Shown in pieces: positions 12,389-24,699 of a DNA stretch of 64,000 nucleotides. Under the pieces are notes generated by a model. The model made no database searches and had not been told where the DNA came from. It saw only the letters and a program-made list of their open reading frames with translations. How positions within the stretch are numbered: the first letter of the stretch is position 1; every line of letters starts with the position of its first letter. The position numbers and the translations under genes are program-made. Origin of the DNA: Mobula birostris (taxonomy: Eukaryota); assembly GCF_030028105.1 (NCBI RefSeq), contig NC_092380.1:17075144-17139143 (forward strand), written 5' to 3'.

Positions 12389-13410
12389 CACAATCGCGGA
12401 GTGCGTTCTGTGCTGAGGTGAGCCAGTCCTGAAGCCCAATGGTTGCATAAGAACGTGAGAAATAGGAGCAGGAGTCAGCCATCTGGCCCATTGAGCCTCC
12501 TTCAATAAGATCATGGCTGATCTGACCATCTACCTGCCTCTTCCTCATAACCCTCAATTCCCCTACTATGCAAAAATCTATCCAACCTTGTCTTAAATAT
12601 ATTTACTGAGGTAGCCTCCACTGCTTCACTGGGCAGAGAATTCCACAGGCATCAGCTGTTTCTGAACTTGACGGCTTGGGACCCAAGATTTCTGCATCTT
12701 CTGCCTGCCGGTAGAAGCAAGAGAGACCGGTCAAACCCAGGCAGACGGTGCTGAACGCCTGTTTGTTTACCGCTCGTCCTCAACAATTTCAATCTTGCCT
12801 GATACTTTAATTGGCTCGGAGCAATGCAGCCGACCGTAGGTTCATGTTCCACCATTAGGGATCGATAGAGAATCTCAACCATGCCTCATCCCCCGGGAGA
12901 TCGCAGCAGTGCCAGATTGTTCAATCGGCCCAAAAATATTTTAAGACCATAAGACATAGGAGCAGAATTAGACCATTCAGCCCATTGAATCTGCTCCACC
13001 ATTCCATCATGGATGACCCTGGATCCCACTCAACCTCATACACCTGCCTTCTCGCCATACCCTTTGAAGCCCTGACTGATCAGGAAATGATCAACTTCTA
13101 CCCTAAATATACCCGCAATCTGCGGCAGAGCATTCCACAGGTTTACTATTCTCTGGCTAAAAAATTTCCTCACCTCTGTTCTAAAGGGTCACCCCACAAT
13201 TCTGAGGCTGAGCCCCCTGGTTCTGGATAACCCCACCACAGGAAACGTCCTCTCCACATCCACCCTATCTAGTCCTTCCAATGTTCGGTAGGTTTCAATG
13301 AGATCCCCCCCACACCCACATTCTTCTAAATTCCAGTGAGTACAGGCCCAAAGCTGCCAAACACTCCTCATATGTTAACCCCTTCATTCCCGGAATCATC
13401 CTCGTGAATA
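12389..13410 (-). mobile_element. Two CR1 3'-end fragments (12389-12650, 12945-13410)
   Basis: Minus strand gives GDLIETYRTLEGLDRVDVERTFPVVGLSRTRG and a CR1 3'UTR with short tandem tail. Confidence 0.75.
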
Positions 13411-14599
13411 TTCTTAAAAGGGAAATTATAGACTGCATTCAATCGCATTTCAGAACAAGTATATTTAGAGGAGGGTATCTAGTAGTTTTGTAAGCTGTCT
13501 GCAAGATGTCGCCATTGGTTTATCCAATAAATTTGACAGCAAATGATGGCCTTGGTATTTTTAATACTGAACAACCATATTTGTAAAGTTGCTGGCTAGC
13601 TGCTTATGAATATTTTAAGTACCGGGGGAGGGATGTGGAATGAATTTCCAATTCCAAGGGCTATGTGGGAGAGAATGCTTACATTGATCTTGGAATAAGT
13701 TAAAAGGAAGGCACAATATCTGGGCTGAAGGGCCTGTACTGTGTCATATTTTTCTATACAAATCTGCAGTCTTGCATCCTCTAAAAAGCCAGAGGAAATC
13801 TGGCTCCGTAATGTCTTTGTGCTCCTGTCTTCGATCAGGATCACTTTATGTAGGGTAGGTTTGTATTTAATTTAAGCTTTTCTTGCGAATGTGGTGTCTC
13901 TGATGCCATGTGTCTGTGATGCTGCTGCAAGTCAGCTTTCCATTGCACCTGTGCACACAAGGATTTATGCAGATGACGGTAAACTTGACTTTGACTTGGA
14001 CTCTGAGGGCACGAGGGCACTGGGGCACGGGATGTGTCCAGTTGACCAGCTCACTGGGTGCAGATCAGAAATCAGGAGCCTGGCTTTAAGATCTCTTAGA
14101 AGAGAAAAGATAGCTTTATTTGTCACATGTACAAATAGTGACACACGGAAACTGAACTCCTTTCAGACTCAGGCTGAACTACAGAGGACGGGGAGGAGGT
14201 CTGGCCCTGCACATGTAGCATGCAGGCCCACCGGTGTGTGGACACGCCCTGGTGCTCATGAACCAGATCCCCAGCTATGGGTAATTAGCCCCTCCGCCTT
14301 GAAGGCAGCCTCGGAGAGATGAAGGCTACGGGCGTAAACCGGAGTGGAGCCCCGAACACCCGTCCAGCAGCTCCTGCGCCAAGCTGGTGCCAAATGAATT
14401 GCTTCATAAGCTTTCCTTTGGACTACAGTGGTGAGGCCGAGAGGGGGATCTTGACGACTGGGCATCTCAGGATCTCCATACCTTCCGCCTAGGCTTGTGT
14501 CGATGATGGTCATCACCCATTGTACTTTGAGACAGACAGATACCAACCACATATGTTGTTTATGTCAGTGACCAAAACAGTAAGAGGATGAGCTGAGGG

Positions 14600-14790
14600 C
14601 AGTCCACAAGTCTCATCTTGCCTCTGGTGCCAATACAGCATGCCCTCAACTTCCCAACCCGTGCTTCTTTGGAATATGGAAGGAGAGTGGAGCACCCAGA
14701 GGAAACTCATATGGTCACGGAGAGACGTCACAGACGTCCCAAAGCTAGCACTGTAAAGCGTTACGCTAGCCCCTACGCCACTGTACCGCC
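14600..14790 (-). mobile_element. V-SINE-like element
   Basis: Reverse complement resembles the V-domain core (GTGACC...TTTCCTCTGGGTGCTCC) also seen at 38172-38340. Confidence 0.6.
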
Positions 14791-15339
14791 TGGATATTTG
14801 GGCTGGCGGAAGGTTTGGAGAGTACTTCAGTTTGTCGCCAATTACTTTGATGGTCCAGATTGGGGTGCAGTTTCAATAACTTTGTAACTTGGGGAGAATT
14901 AGTGTTGAGGAACCAATTGTGAGTGTCCAGGACAGGCAGCACATCATCTGCAAATTAATATCAGTGTGGGTGGGGCCCAGTCCTATAGGAGGGGGAGGTG
15001 AGTGAGCCTGATCTCTGGGCAGGTGGGATATGGGTTCCATACCTGCTCTGCTCTCTCATGTTCTGGATATGTTGTGTGTGTGGGGGGTGGGGGAGAAGCT
15101 GGAGTGGGAAGTGGGTGATCAGACTGGGAGTTCCTCTCTGATCACAGCACCCACAGACCTTTGTACAGAGTCGGCTGTGTTGCTGGTAATCCTGACTGTC
15201 CCAAGGCATGTGGCAATCGAGGCAACAGACAGAACATTTCAACTGACTCAAAGTCAGCATTTCTTTATCAAAAAGAAATCTTTTCAAGATCATTTTAAAC
15301 AGTTGAAGAGACTTGTAGGAGGAGTCTCTGAGATTTGAG

Positions 15340-15924
15340 CCCTGGAGGAAAACCCGATGCATTCTTCAAGAGGACTGCAACTTGGAAGATTTGTTTTCCA
15401 GCAAGACAATGACCCAAGCATAAAGCTAAAGCTATACAAGAATGGCTTAAAAACAACTAAGTTAATGTCCTGGAGAGGCCAAGTCAGAGTCCAGACCTGA
15501 AGCTAATTGAGAATTTGTGGCTGGACTTGAAAAGAGCAGATCACTCATGATCCCCATGCAATTTCACAGAGTTTGAGCAGCTTTGTAAAGAAGAATGGGG
15601 AAAAATTGCAGTGTCCAGATGTGCAAAGCTGATAGAGACCTATCCACACAGACTAAAGGCTGTAATTGCTGCCAAAGGTGCATCTACTAAGTAGTGACTT
15701 GAAGGGGGTGAATACTTATGTAATCAATTGTTTTGTGTTTTATATTTGTGATGAATTTAGATCACTTTGTAGAGATCTGTTTTCACTTTGACACAAAAGA
15801 GTCTTTTTCCATTGATCAGTGTCAAAAATACCAAATTAAATCCACTGTGATTCAAAATTGTCAAACAATAAAACATGAAAACTTCTGGGGGGGGAGGGAG
15901 TGAATACTCTTTATAGGCACTGTA
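15340..15924 (+). mobile_element. Tc1 transposon 3' remnant with right TIR
   Basis: FQQDND..., PSQSPDLKLIENLW (DD34E region). Ends CACTG|TA, with a GGGGTGAATACT-like direct repeat at ~15705 and ~15898. Confidence 0.88.
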
Positions 15925-16459
15925 ATCACAGGCATCTTTAAGTACCCTTGGATATATGTTGTCTGGCCCTGGAGACTTATTAACTTTCAGCCTTTTCACC
16001 TGAAGCAGGACCTCACTTTCTAAGATCTCTAAGTCACTTAAAGCAACCTAATTTTTCTCTACACTTCCTAGCACATTGCTAACATATTCACAGGTGAATA
16101 CTTAAGCAAAATATGAGCTAGGAGTGTCCATTATGTCCTTCTCTGCATAATGTAACATCCCACTATTATTCCTAATACACTTAACCTCCTTCCTGACTTT
16201 TCTTTTACTACTAAGGTATTGAAAAGACTCTCTTGGGGTCAATCTTAGCATTATCAGCAATATTCTTCTCAACCTGCCTTCTGGCAATGTGAATTTTCCT
16301 CTTGATTACAGTTCTCATATTTTCATATGCTCTATGGCTAACGTCATTACTATATTTTCTGTATTCTTAAATATATCTTTTCTTCAATAAATTATATGTA
16401 CATATTTATTCATCCATGTAGTTTAGTCTATTTTTATGACCCCAGTTAACGCCGGCGCT

Positions 16460-16705
16460 TGTGATTGATGTAAATATTAACCAATAAATGAAGGGGAAAT
16501 GACAATTTCTGCAGCGGCTGAACTCGAGATCAAATATTCACCAATTAGTGCAAAGAAGGGTGCTGATGATGACTGATTGATGTGAATATTCACCAATCAG
16601 TACAAAGATGAGAAAACGTCACGGTGTTGTCACCTCATTGTCATAAGGTACGCACCAATAACCTCCCAGTGGCCTCCCGCCGGAGGCGGGCATTGCGATT
16701 GAGTG
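16460..16705 (+). promoter_or_regulatory. NDUFA6 promoter with four CCAAT boxes
   Basis: CCAAT at 16481, 16541, 16593 and 16655, immediately upstream of the CpG-rich first exon. GC box GAGGCGGG near 16683. Confidence 0.65.
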
Positions 16706-16708
16706 GAG

Positions 16709-16844
16709 ATGATGGCGGCGGCCGGGCGCGCCGTTGCGGCGTCGGGGAAGGTGGTGAAGCCGCTCCTGTCCCGGGAGCAGAGCGAAGCCAAGCGGCGGGT
16801 GCGGGAGTTGTACCGGGCATGGTACCGAGAGGTGCCCAACACCG
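16709..16844 (+). CDS. NDUFA6: NDUFA6 (complex I B14, LYRM6) exon 1
   Basis: [45 protein letters not shown] with the LYR motif; G|gtaag donor (phase 1). Confidence 0.96.
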
Positions 16845-17224
16845 GTAAGGAGCGGCGGTGCAGTTTGCACGGGGGTCGGGTCAAGGTCGGCGAGCGGCCG
16901 GTTGCCTGGCTGCGAGTCCAGGGAACCTCGGCCTAGACTGCCTGGCTCCATCGCCGGGATCTGGGAGAGATTGTGGGCGAGAATGAGATTCCGAGCCCCA
17001 GTGTGGTCACTGACCACCCGGTCTTTTGGTAGGAGATGCCCCGGGGCAGGTTAACACTGGCTATGGTCCTGGGATCTGAGCATAAAAATATAAGCGGGAA
17101 GCAAGTCTATGGCACAGCGAGTAATAGGGAAAGAATATTAACAGAGTATTAACACTTCTTTTAGCTTTTACTCTCTGGGCCTGTACTCGACGAAGTTCAG
17201 AAAAATGAAGGGGATTTAATTGAA

Positions 17225-18132
17225 CGCAAATACGAGGAAATTTGCAGATGCTGGAATTTCAAGCAACACACATAAAAGTTGCATTCGTCCCCCCCATCCC
17301 TCCCCATCGACCTCCCTCCTGGCACTTACCCTTGTAAGCAGAACAAGTGCTACACATGCCCTTACACTTCCACCACCACCATTCAGGGCCCCAGACAGTC
17401 CTTCCAGGTGAGGCGACACTTCACCTGTGAGTCGGCTGGGGTGATATACTGCGTCCAGTGCTCCCGATGCAGCCTTCTATATATTGGCGAGACCCGACGC
17501 AGACTGGGAGACCGCTTTGCTGACATCTACGCTCTGTCTGCCAGAGAAAGCAGGATCTCCCAGTGGCCACACATTTTAATTCCACATCCCATTCCCATTC
17601 CCATTCTGACATGTCCATCCACGGCCTCCTCGACTGTAAAGATGAAGCCACACTCAGGTTGGAGGAACAACACCTTATATTCCGTCTGGGTAGCCTCCAG
17701 CCTGATGGCATGAACATCGACTTCTCTAACTTCCGTTAATGCCCCACCTCCCCCTTGTACCCCATCCGTTATTTATTTATATACACACATTCTTTCTCTC
17801 ACTCTCCTTTTTCTCCCTCTGTCCCTCTCACTATACTCCTTGCCCATCCTCTGGTTCCCCCCCCCCCTTGTCTTTCTCCCTAGGCCTCCTGACCCATGAT
17901 CCTCTCATATCCCTTCTGCCAATCACCTGTCCAGCTCTTGGCTCCATCCCTCCCCCTCCTGTCTTCTCCTATCATTTTGGATCTCTCCCTCCCCCTCCCA
18001 CTTTCAAATCCCTTACTCACTGTTCCTTCAGTTAGTCCTGACGAAGGGTTTTGGCCTGAAATGTCGACTGTACCTCTTCCTAGAGATGCTGTCTGGCCTG
18101 CTGTGTTCACCAGCAACTTTTATGTGTATTAT
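17225..18132 (+). mobile_element. Penelope-like element, 5'-truncated with inverted 5' segment
   Basis: GIY-YIG remnant VIYCVQCSRCSLLYIGETRRRLGDRF. 17225-17282 is an inverted copy of the terminal repeat. 15-bp TSD ggggatttaattgaa at 17210-17224 and 18133-18147. Confidence 0.92.
18034..18069 (+). ncRNA. Minimal type-I hammerhead ribozyme motif in PLE terminal repeat
   Basis: AGTC-CTGACGA-agggttttggcct-GAAA-T-GTC-GACT: intact core, stem I AGTC/GACT, GUC cleavage triplet. Confidence 0.65.
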
Positions 18133-18639
18133 GGGGATTTAATTGAATACTGGTTAAGTAGAATGGACTTGGAGAGAGGCAACCGGATAAAACTGAATGA
18201 GGATGAATTTCTTTAGCCAGAAGGTGGAGAAGCTTTGTAGGCAAAATCGTTGGTTGCACTTAAGGTAGAAATTAGATAGGTTTATGATTGGTAAGGGGGT
18301 TAAGGTGAGAGAATGGACTTTTAAAATAAGCAAACATGACCAAATGGTGGAACAGACTCAATAGATAGGACAACCTAAAACTGCTCCCATATCTTATGGT
18401 GTGATTCAGTGCAAAACCAGAGAGGTTATGCAGACACAGGAGACTGTGGATACTGGAATTTGGAGCAATGAACAATCTGTTGGGGGCATTGAATGGGCAG
18501 AGAGGAATTTAATTCCTTCTGCAGGATTTAGACCCAAATCACTGACAATTCCTTTCCTCCCTCAGATACTGCTGGACTCACTGACTTCTTCCAGCAAACT
18601 GTTTGTCAATCAGGAGGTTATGCTACTGTTATATAGGGT

Positions 18640-21600
18640 AACACACATCAAAGTTGCTGCCTGGCCTGTTGCGTTCACCAGCAACTTTGATGTGTGTTGC
18701 TTGAATTTCCAGCATCTGCAGAATTCCTGTTGTTTGCGTTTAAAATCACTACTGCGAAGCCTCTTCCGGTGATGCCTACACCGAAGAAGTTTAGATCCTC
18801 TCTTCGACGGGAGTTCAGTGAAACCATCTCTCACTGCTCCCCATCTGTAATTTCTTCGGCTCTTCAACTTTTCGACCACACTTTGACTCAGACTCGCTAT
18901 CACAGCCATATATCCTTTCTTGGAACGTGCCTCCGTCGCCAACTTACTCCAGTTGGCTTTAGGATTCGTTTCCAAACCTCTCAATTTGGACCTTCTGAGG
19001 ATCCCAGGTACTCACATTTTATTGACTCTGCCTCTCGCCGCTTCTCCCGTCAAGCTCTGAAGGCGACTCTCTCCGCCATGAGGAGGTACTTGGTGTCCCT
19101 TTCCCAGACCCTTCCACACCTTCGGGACACTTTCTTCGCTGTCTGTAATGGTCCTACCCGTTATTTCATCCTCCCTCAGATTCACGCCTGCAATCGCCGT
19201 TTTTTTGATTTTGCCATGTTAGGCAAAGATCGCAAGATCCTACATCTACGGACTCCAGAGCCTGCCGGCCCCGACGCTAGCAGGCATGAACTTCAGATTG
19301 CGGCCACTGCCATTGATCTCGGCGGCTCCAACACCTCAGGGCACATTCAAAACCCGGACTCCAGCAACGACCATGGACACCTTCACAGCGATTGCGCAAC
19401 CACCAACTGCAACGCCAGCCTTGAACTCCAGGCCGGGTCTTTATGTGCTGCTATTGTGACTCCTGTCTCCCCTTCCCCCACCACCACTCTGCAACCCCGT
19501 CTCCCTCAGATCCCACGGTCAGCTCTTGGGTTCTCAGAGGCTCCATCTTCCTCTCACCCCAACCCTCCCCTCTCCATTGACACCCCCAGCCTCCCCCCTC
19601 CCCCCCCTCTGATCCCAGCTCTCATCCGTGCCGGGTCTTTACCATCCCCTCCGACCTTCAACTGTCGGAGGCAGAACGCTGTGTTCTCAGTATGGGCCTC
19701 ACCTTTGTCCCCCTTCGCCCACACCTCAGCGAGTTCCGTGTTTGCCATGATGCGGAACTTTTCTTTCTCCGTCTCCGAGCCTACTTCTTCGGCAAGGACT
19801 CTTCCACCCCCACCGATGACCCCTTCTCCCGTTTTCAACCCTCCTCTTCTTCATGGACACTCCGCTCTGGTCTTCTACCTGCTCTGGATCTCTTTATCGC
19901 TAATTGCCGAAGGGACATCAACCGTCTCGACTTCACCGCACCTTGTCCCCATTCCAACCTCACTCCTTCGGAACGCTCTGCTCTCCACTCCCTCCGCACT
20001 AATCCTAACCTTATTATTAAACCCATCGATAAGGGGGTGCTGTTGTAGTCTGGCGTACTGACCCCTACCTTGCCGAGGCACAGCGACAACTCGCGGATAC
20101 CTCCTCTTATTTACCCTTCGATCGTGACCCCACTAAGGAGCACCAGGCCATTGTCTCCCACACCATCACCGACTTAATCCGCTTAGGGGATCTCCCATCC
20201 ACTGCTACCAACCTTATAGTTCCCACACCCCGCACTTCCCGTTTCTACCTCCTACCCAAGATCCACAAACCTGCCTGTCCTGGCCGACCTATTGTCTCAG
20301 CTTCCTCCTGCCCCACCGAACTCATTTCTGCATACCTCGACACTGTTTTATCACCCCTTGTTCAATCCCTTCCGACCTATGTTCGTGACACTTCTCACGC
20401 TCTTAAACTTTTTGATGATTTTAAGTTCCCTGGCCCCCCACCGCTTTATTTTCACCATGGATGTCCAGTCCTTATATACTTCCATCCCCCATCAGGAAGG
20501 TCTCAAAGCCCTACGCTTCTTTTTGGATTCCAGACCTAATCAGTTCCCCTCTACCACCACTCTGCTCCGTCTAGCGGAATTAGTCCTTACTCTTAATAAT
20601 TTCTCCTTTGGCTCCTCCCACTTCCTCCAAACTAAAGGTGTAGCTATGGGCACCCGTATGGGTCCTAGCTATGCCTGCCTTTTTGTTGGGTTTGTGGAAC
20701 AATCTATGTTCCGTGCCTATTCTGGTATCTGTCCCCCACTTTTCCTTCGCTACATCGATGACTGCATTGGCGCTGCTTCCTGCACGCATGCAGAACTCGT
20801 TGACTTTATTAACTTTGCCTCTAACTTTCACCCTGCCCTCAAGTTTACCTGGTCCATTTCCGACACCTCCCTCCCCTTTCTAGATCTTTCTGTCTCTGTC
20901 TCTGGAGACAGCTTATCCACTGATGTCTACTATAAGCCTACTGACTCTCACAGCTATCTGGACTCTTCTCACCCTGTCTCTTGCAAAAATGCCATCCCCT
21001 TCTCGCAATTCCTCCGTCTCCGCCGCATCTGCTCTCAGGATGAGGCTTTTCATTCTAGGACGAGGGAGATGTCTTCCTTTTTTAAAGAAAGGGGCTTCCC
21101 TTCCTCCACTATCAACTCTGCTCTTAAACGCATCTCCCCCATTTCACGTACATCTGCTCTCACTCCATCCTCTCGCCACCCCACTAGGAATAGGGTTCCC
21201 CTGGTCCTCACCTACCACCCCACCAGCCTCCGGGTCCAACATATTATTCTCCGTAACTTCCGCCACCTCCAACGGGATCCCACCACTAAGCACATCTTTC
21301 CCTCCCCCCCTCTCTCTGCATTCCGCAGGGATTGCTCCCTACACAACTCCCTTGTCCATTCATCCCCCCATCCCTCCCCACTGATCTCCCTCCTGGCACT
21401 TATCCGTGTAAGCGGAACAAGTGCCACACATGCCCTTACACTTCCTCCCTTACCACCATTCAGGGCCCCAAACAGTCCTTCCAGGTGAGGCAACACTTCA
21501 CCTGTGAGTCGACTGGGGTGATATACTGCGTCCGGTGCTCCCGATGTGGCCTTTTATATATTGGCGAGACCCGACGCAGACTGGGAGACCGCTTTGCTGA

Positions 21601-22234
21601 ACATCTACGCTCTGTCCGCCAGAGAAAGCAGGATCTCCCAGTGGCCACACATTTTAATTCCACATCCCATTCCCATTCTGACATGTCCATCCACGGCCTC
21701 CTCTACTGTAAAGATGAAGCCACACTCAAGTTGGAGGAACAACACCTTATATTCCATCTGGGTAGCCTCCAACCTGATGGCATGAACATTGACTTCTCTA
21801 ACTTCCGCTAAGGCCCCACCTCCCCCTCGTACCCCATCTGTTACTCATTTTTATGCACACATTCTTTCTCTCAGTCTCCTTTTTCTCCCCTTGTCCCTCT
21901 GAATATACCTCTTGCCCATCCTCTGGGTACCCCCCCCCCCGTCTTTCTTCCCGGACCTCCTGTCCCATGATCCTCTCGTATCCCCTTTTGCCTATCACCT
22001 GTCCAGCTCTTGGCTCTATCCCTCCCCCTCCTGTCTTCTCCTATCATTTTGGATCTCCCCCTCCCCCTCCAACTTTCAAATCCCTTACTCACTCTTCCTT
22101 CAGTTAGTCCTGATGAAGGGTCTCGGCCTGTAACGTCGACTGCACCTCTTCCTACAGATGCTGCCTGGCCTGCTGCGTTCACCAGCAACTTCGATGTGTG
22201 TTGCTTGAATTTCCAGCATCTGCAGAATTCCTGT
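18640..22234 (+). mobile_element. Near full-length Penelope-like retroelement (RT + GIY-YIG, probably Neptune-like), frameshifted, in NDUFA6 intron 1
   Basis: ORF from ATG 18772 (MPTPKK) to stop at 21811, split by several frameshifts. RT motifs MDVQSLYTSI, GVAMGTRMGPSYA and RYIDD; Cys-rich linker CKRNKCHTC..HFTC; GIY-YIG VIYCVRCSRCGLLYIGET. Terminal repeat at both ends and 13-bp TSD tgttatatagggt (18627-18639, 22235-22247). Confidence 0.95.
22106..22141 (+). ncRNA. Hammerhead ribozyme motif of the full-length PLE (core mutated GAAA>GTAA)
   Basis: AGTC-CTGATGA-agggtctcggcct-GTAA-C-GTC-GACT. Confidence 0.55.
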
Positions 22235-23901
22235 TGTTATATAGGGTGTTGGTGATATCTTAATTCCAATAATCTCTTTGTAAAACAAAGTCTGTATTGA
22301 ATGTACGATCACTGAGTTTTCTTGGGCAGAGATTTCAGAAGATTGCTAGATGCTGGGGAAGAAATTTCCTCTCATCCCAGTCCTGAAAGGCTAACCTCTG
22401 GTTTAGAGTCTGGTTCTAGACAGCTCAGCTAGCAGAAACTCTATCCCCTGTCAGGCCTTAAGGGTTTAGTATCTGTGGGTTCATTCTCATTGTATAACAA
22501 ACCTGTTACTCCTGTGTCTTATGGTCATTGTAAGAATTGATCCTGAGGGTTATTGTACTCCTGTGCAGTATAGGAGTGTACAGGCCCTCTCCAGGATTTT
22601 GCAGGATCCCTCTTCTGCAGGATTTTGTTCATTTGAACTGTTCATAACCTAACCGGTTCACAAATTGGGAGTGCTGCATGAGCGGAGAGTTCCCACGTGG
22701 TTTCCTGTAACAGCTGTTGTCTGATTGTTTATCAGTATAGGCTGTACAATAGATGGGTGTTTGTAAGCTGGGTCAGGATGTTCCAGATGTGATTGCTGGA
22801 GTACCCCATAAAGTTGGAGCAAGATATCTCTACTGTGTTAAATCCTCTTCAGACTCAAGTTCAAGATCAGTTTATTGTCATTCATCCATTTACACGTATA
22901 CCACCAAATGAAACAACGTTCCTCTAGGCCGAGGTGTACAACACAGTGCATATCATTCACACATAAGTAATAATGCCTCAAATAAAGTAACAGATGATGT
23001 GTATGTACTATGCAAGTTATAAAGTGAACAGTATAATGCTCGCCTACCCATCACCTCCCTCTGGTGCTCCTCCTCCTTTTCTTTCTTCCATGGCCTTCTA
23101 TCCACTTCTATCAGACTTCCCCCTTCTCCATCCTTGTATCTCTTCCACCAGTCAACTTCCCGGCTCTTTACTTCATCCCTCCCTGTTCAGGTTTCACCTA
23201 CCACCTTGTGGTTCTCTCTCCCCTCCCACCACCTCTTCAATCTACTCCTCAGACAAGAGGAACCCCATCCCTGGAGCTGGGAAGCTGGCAGCTGGAGAAG
23301 CATGCGAATTCACCACAGACAGAACCGGAGGTTGGGACTGAATCCAAGCGGCTGGAGCGGTGAGGCAGTTGCTGTGCTGCCTGTTTGGGGTGAGGAGAGG
23401 TGTGCGGCCAAACAGAGCAGGGAGCACCTGGCTTCCGCCGTGTCTGACGGAAAGGCTGTAGGCTCCGGGTAACCTATCCACCTGTGGAGCAAGTGCTGTT
23501 GGTCCCCTGCAACGGCCTGCACTGATTGTCCACGTGCACCCCTGACTTCCACCCTCACGGGCAGCCTCTCCTCAGAGCTGTGTGCGTGGTTCATTGCTAC
23601 AAGAGCACAGACAGACAGTGGGGATTTGCTAGAGCTCTGCCACTCAGAATACCACCACAAAGTACTGTCCAAAACGCATCTCCCTCTCTGTGCGACAGCA
23701 TTGCCGTCAAAATGCACCTTCCCCTCGGGACATAAATTGTTAGACCGACCATTTACAGCATTGATCTCATTCTTGGGGGCACATCCCGAGCACTGAGGGG
23801 TGCACACATACACATTTTTAAATACTTAACATCTAGCTGTAGTAGCTAATTGTACAACCCATCCAGCCTACTCTGCCATTCAACTGAATCATGATCTATC
23901 T

Positions 23902-24699
23902 CAATGGTCCCCAACCACCGGGCCACAAAGCGTGTGCTACTGGGCTGTGAGGAAACGATATGAGTCAGCTGCACCTTTCCTCATTCCCTGTCACGCACTG
24001 TTGAACTTGAACATAGGGTTGCCAACTGTCCCGTATTAGCCGGGACATCCTGTATATTGGGCTAAATTGGTTTGTCCCATATGGGACCGCCCTTGTCCTG
24101 TATTTTCCCCCACTGAGGTAGAGCGTTCCTATGAAACTGTTGGTAAGCTAGAATGGTGTGAAGCGAAGAAGCAATTACCATTAATTTATATGGGAAAATT
24201 TTTTGAGCGTTCCCAGACCGAAAAAATAACCTAAGAAATCATACCAAATAACACATAAAACTGAAAATAAATAACACTAACATAGTAAAAGCAGGAATGA
24301 TATGATAAATACACAGCCTATATAAAGTAGAAATAATGTATGTACAGTATAGTCGGGAAGATGAAGGCAAAATCGATTTGTGGGGGGAAAAATCGGCACA
24401 TACGCGCATGTGCACATCAAAAGCACATGCCACACATGCGCACACAGGTGCCCGCACAAAGCTTCATGGTCATGGTAGTCTTTCCGGGGGTAAAGTGTCC
24501 CGGGATTTGACGGCTACTTTTGTCCCTTATTTGAGAGTGAGAAAATTGGCAACCCGAACTGTAAAAGACATGTTGAGGTGAGTTTAACCCTACTTGAACA
24601 GCCCCCCCCCCCCCCCCCCCCCCCCGGTTGGCTGGTCCACAAGAATATTGTCAATATTAAACCGGCGGTCCACAGTGCAAAAAAGGTTGGGGACCCCTG
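23902..24699. mobile_element. Non-autonomous hAT element (outer)
   Basis: TIRs CAATGGTCCCCAACC / GGTTGGGGACCCCTG. Perfect 8-bp TSD atctatct at 23894-23901 and 24700-24707. Confidence 0.9.
24014..24592. mobile_element. Non-autonomous hAT element nested in the outer one
   Basis: Ends TAGGGTT...AACCCTA. Perfect 8-bp TSD cttgaaca at 24006-24013 and 24593-24600. Subterminal TGTCCC repeats. Confidence 0.88.

Noticed and set aside
18694-20061. 455-aa ORF as a host gene
   Set aside because: It is the N-terminal part of the Penelope-like ORF running out of frame after a frameshift, and it lies inside the TSD-bounded element.
17225-22234. Treating both PLE copies as one tandem element
   Set aside because: Each has its own distinct TSD, and unrelated repeat remnants lie between them.
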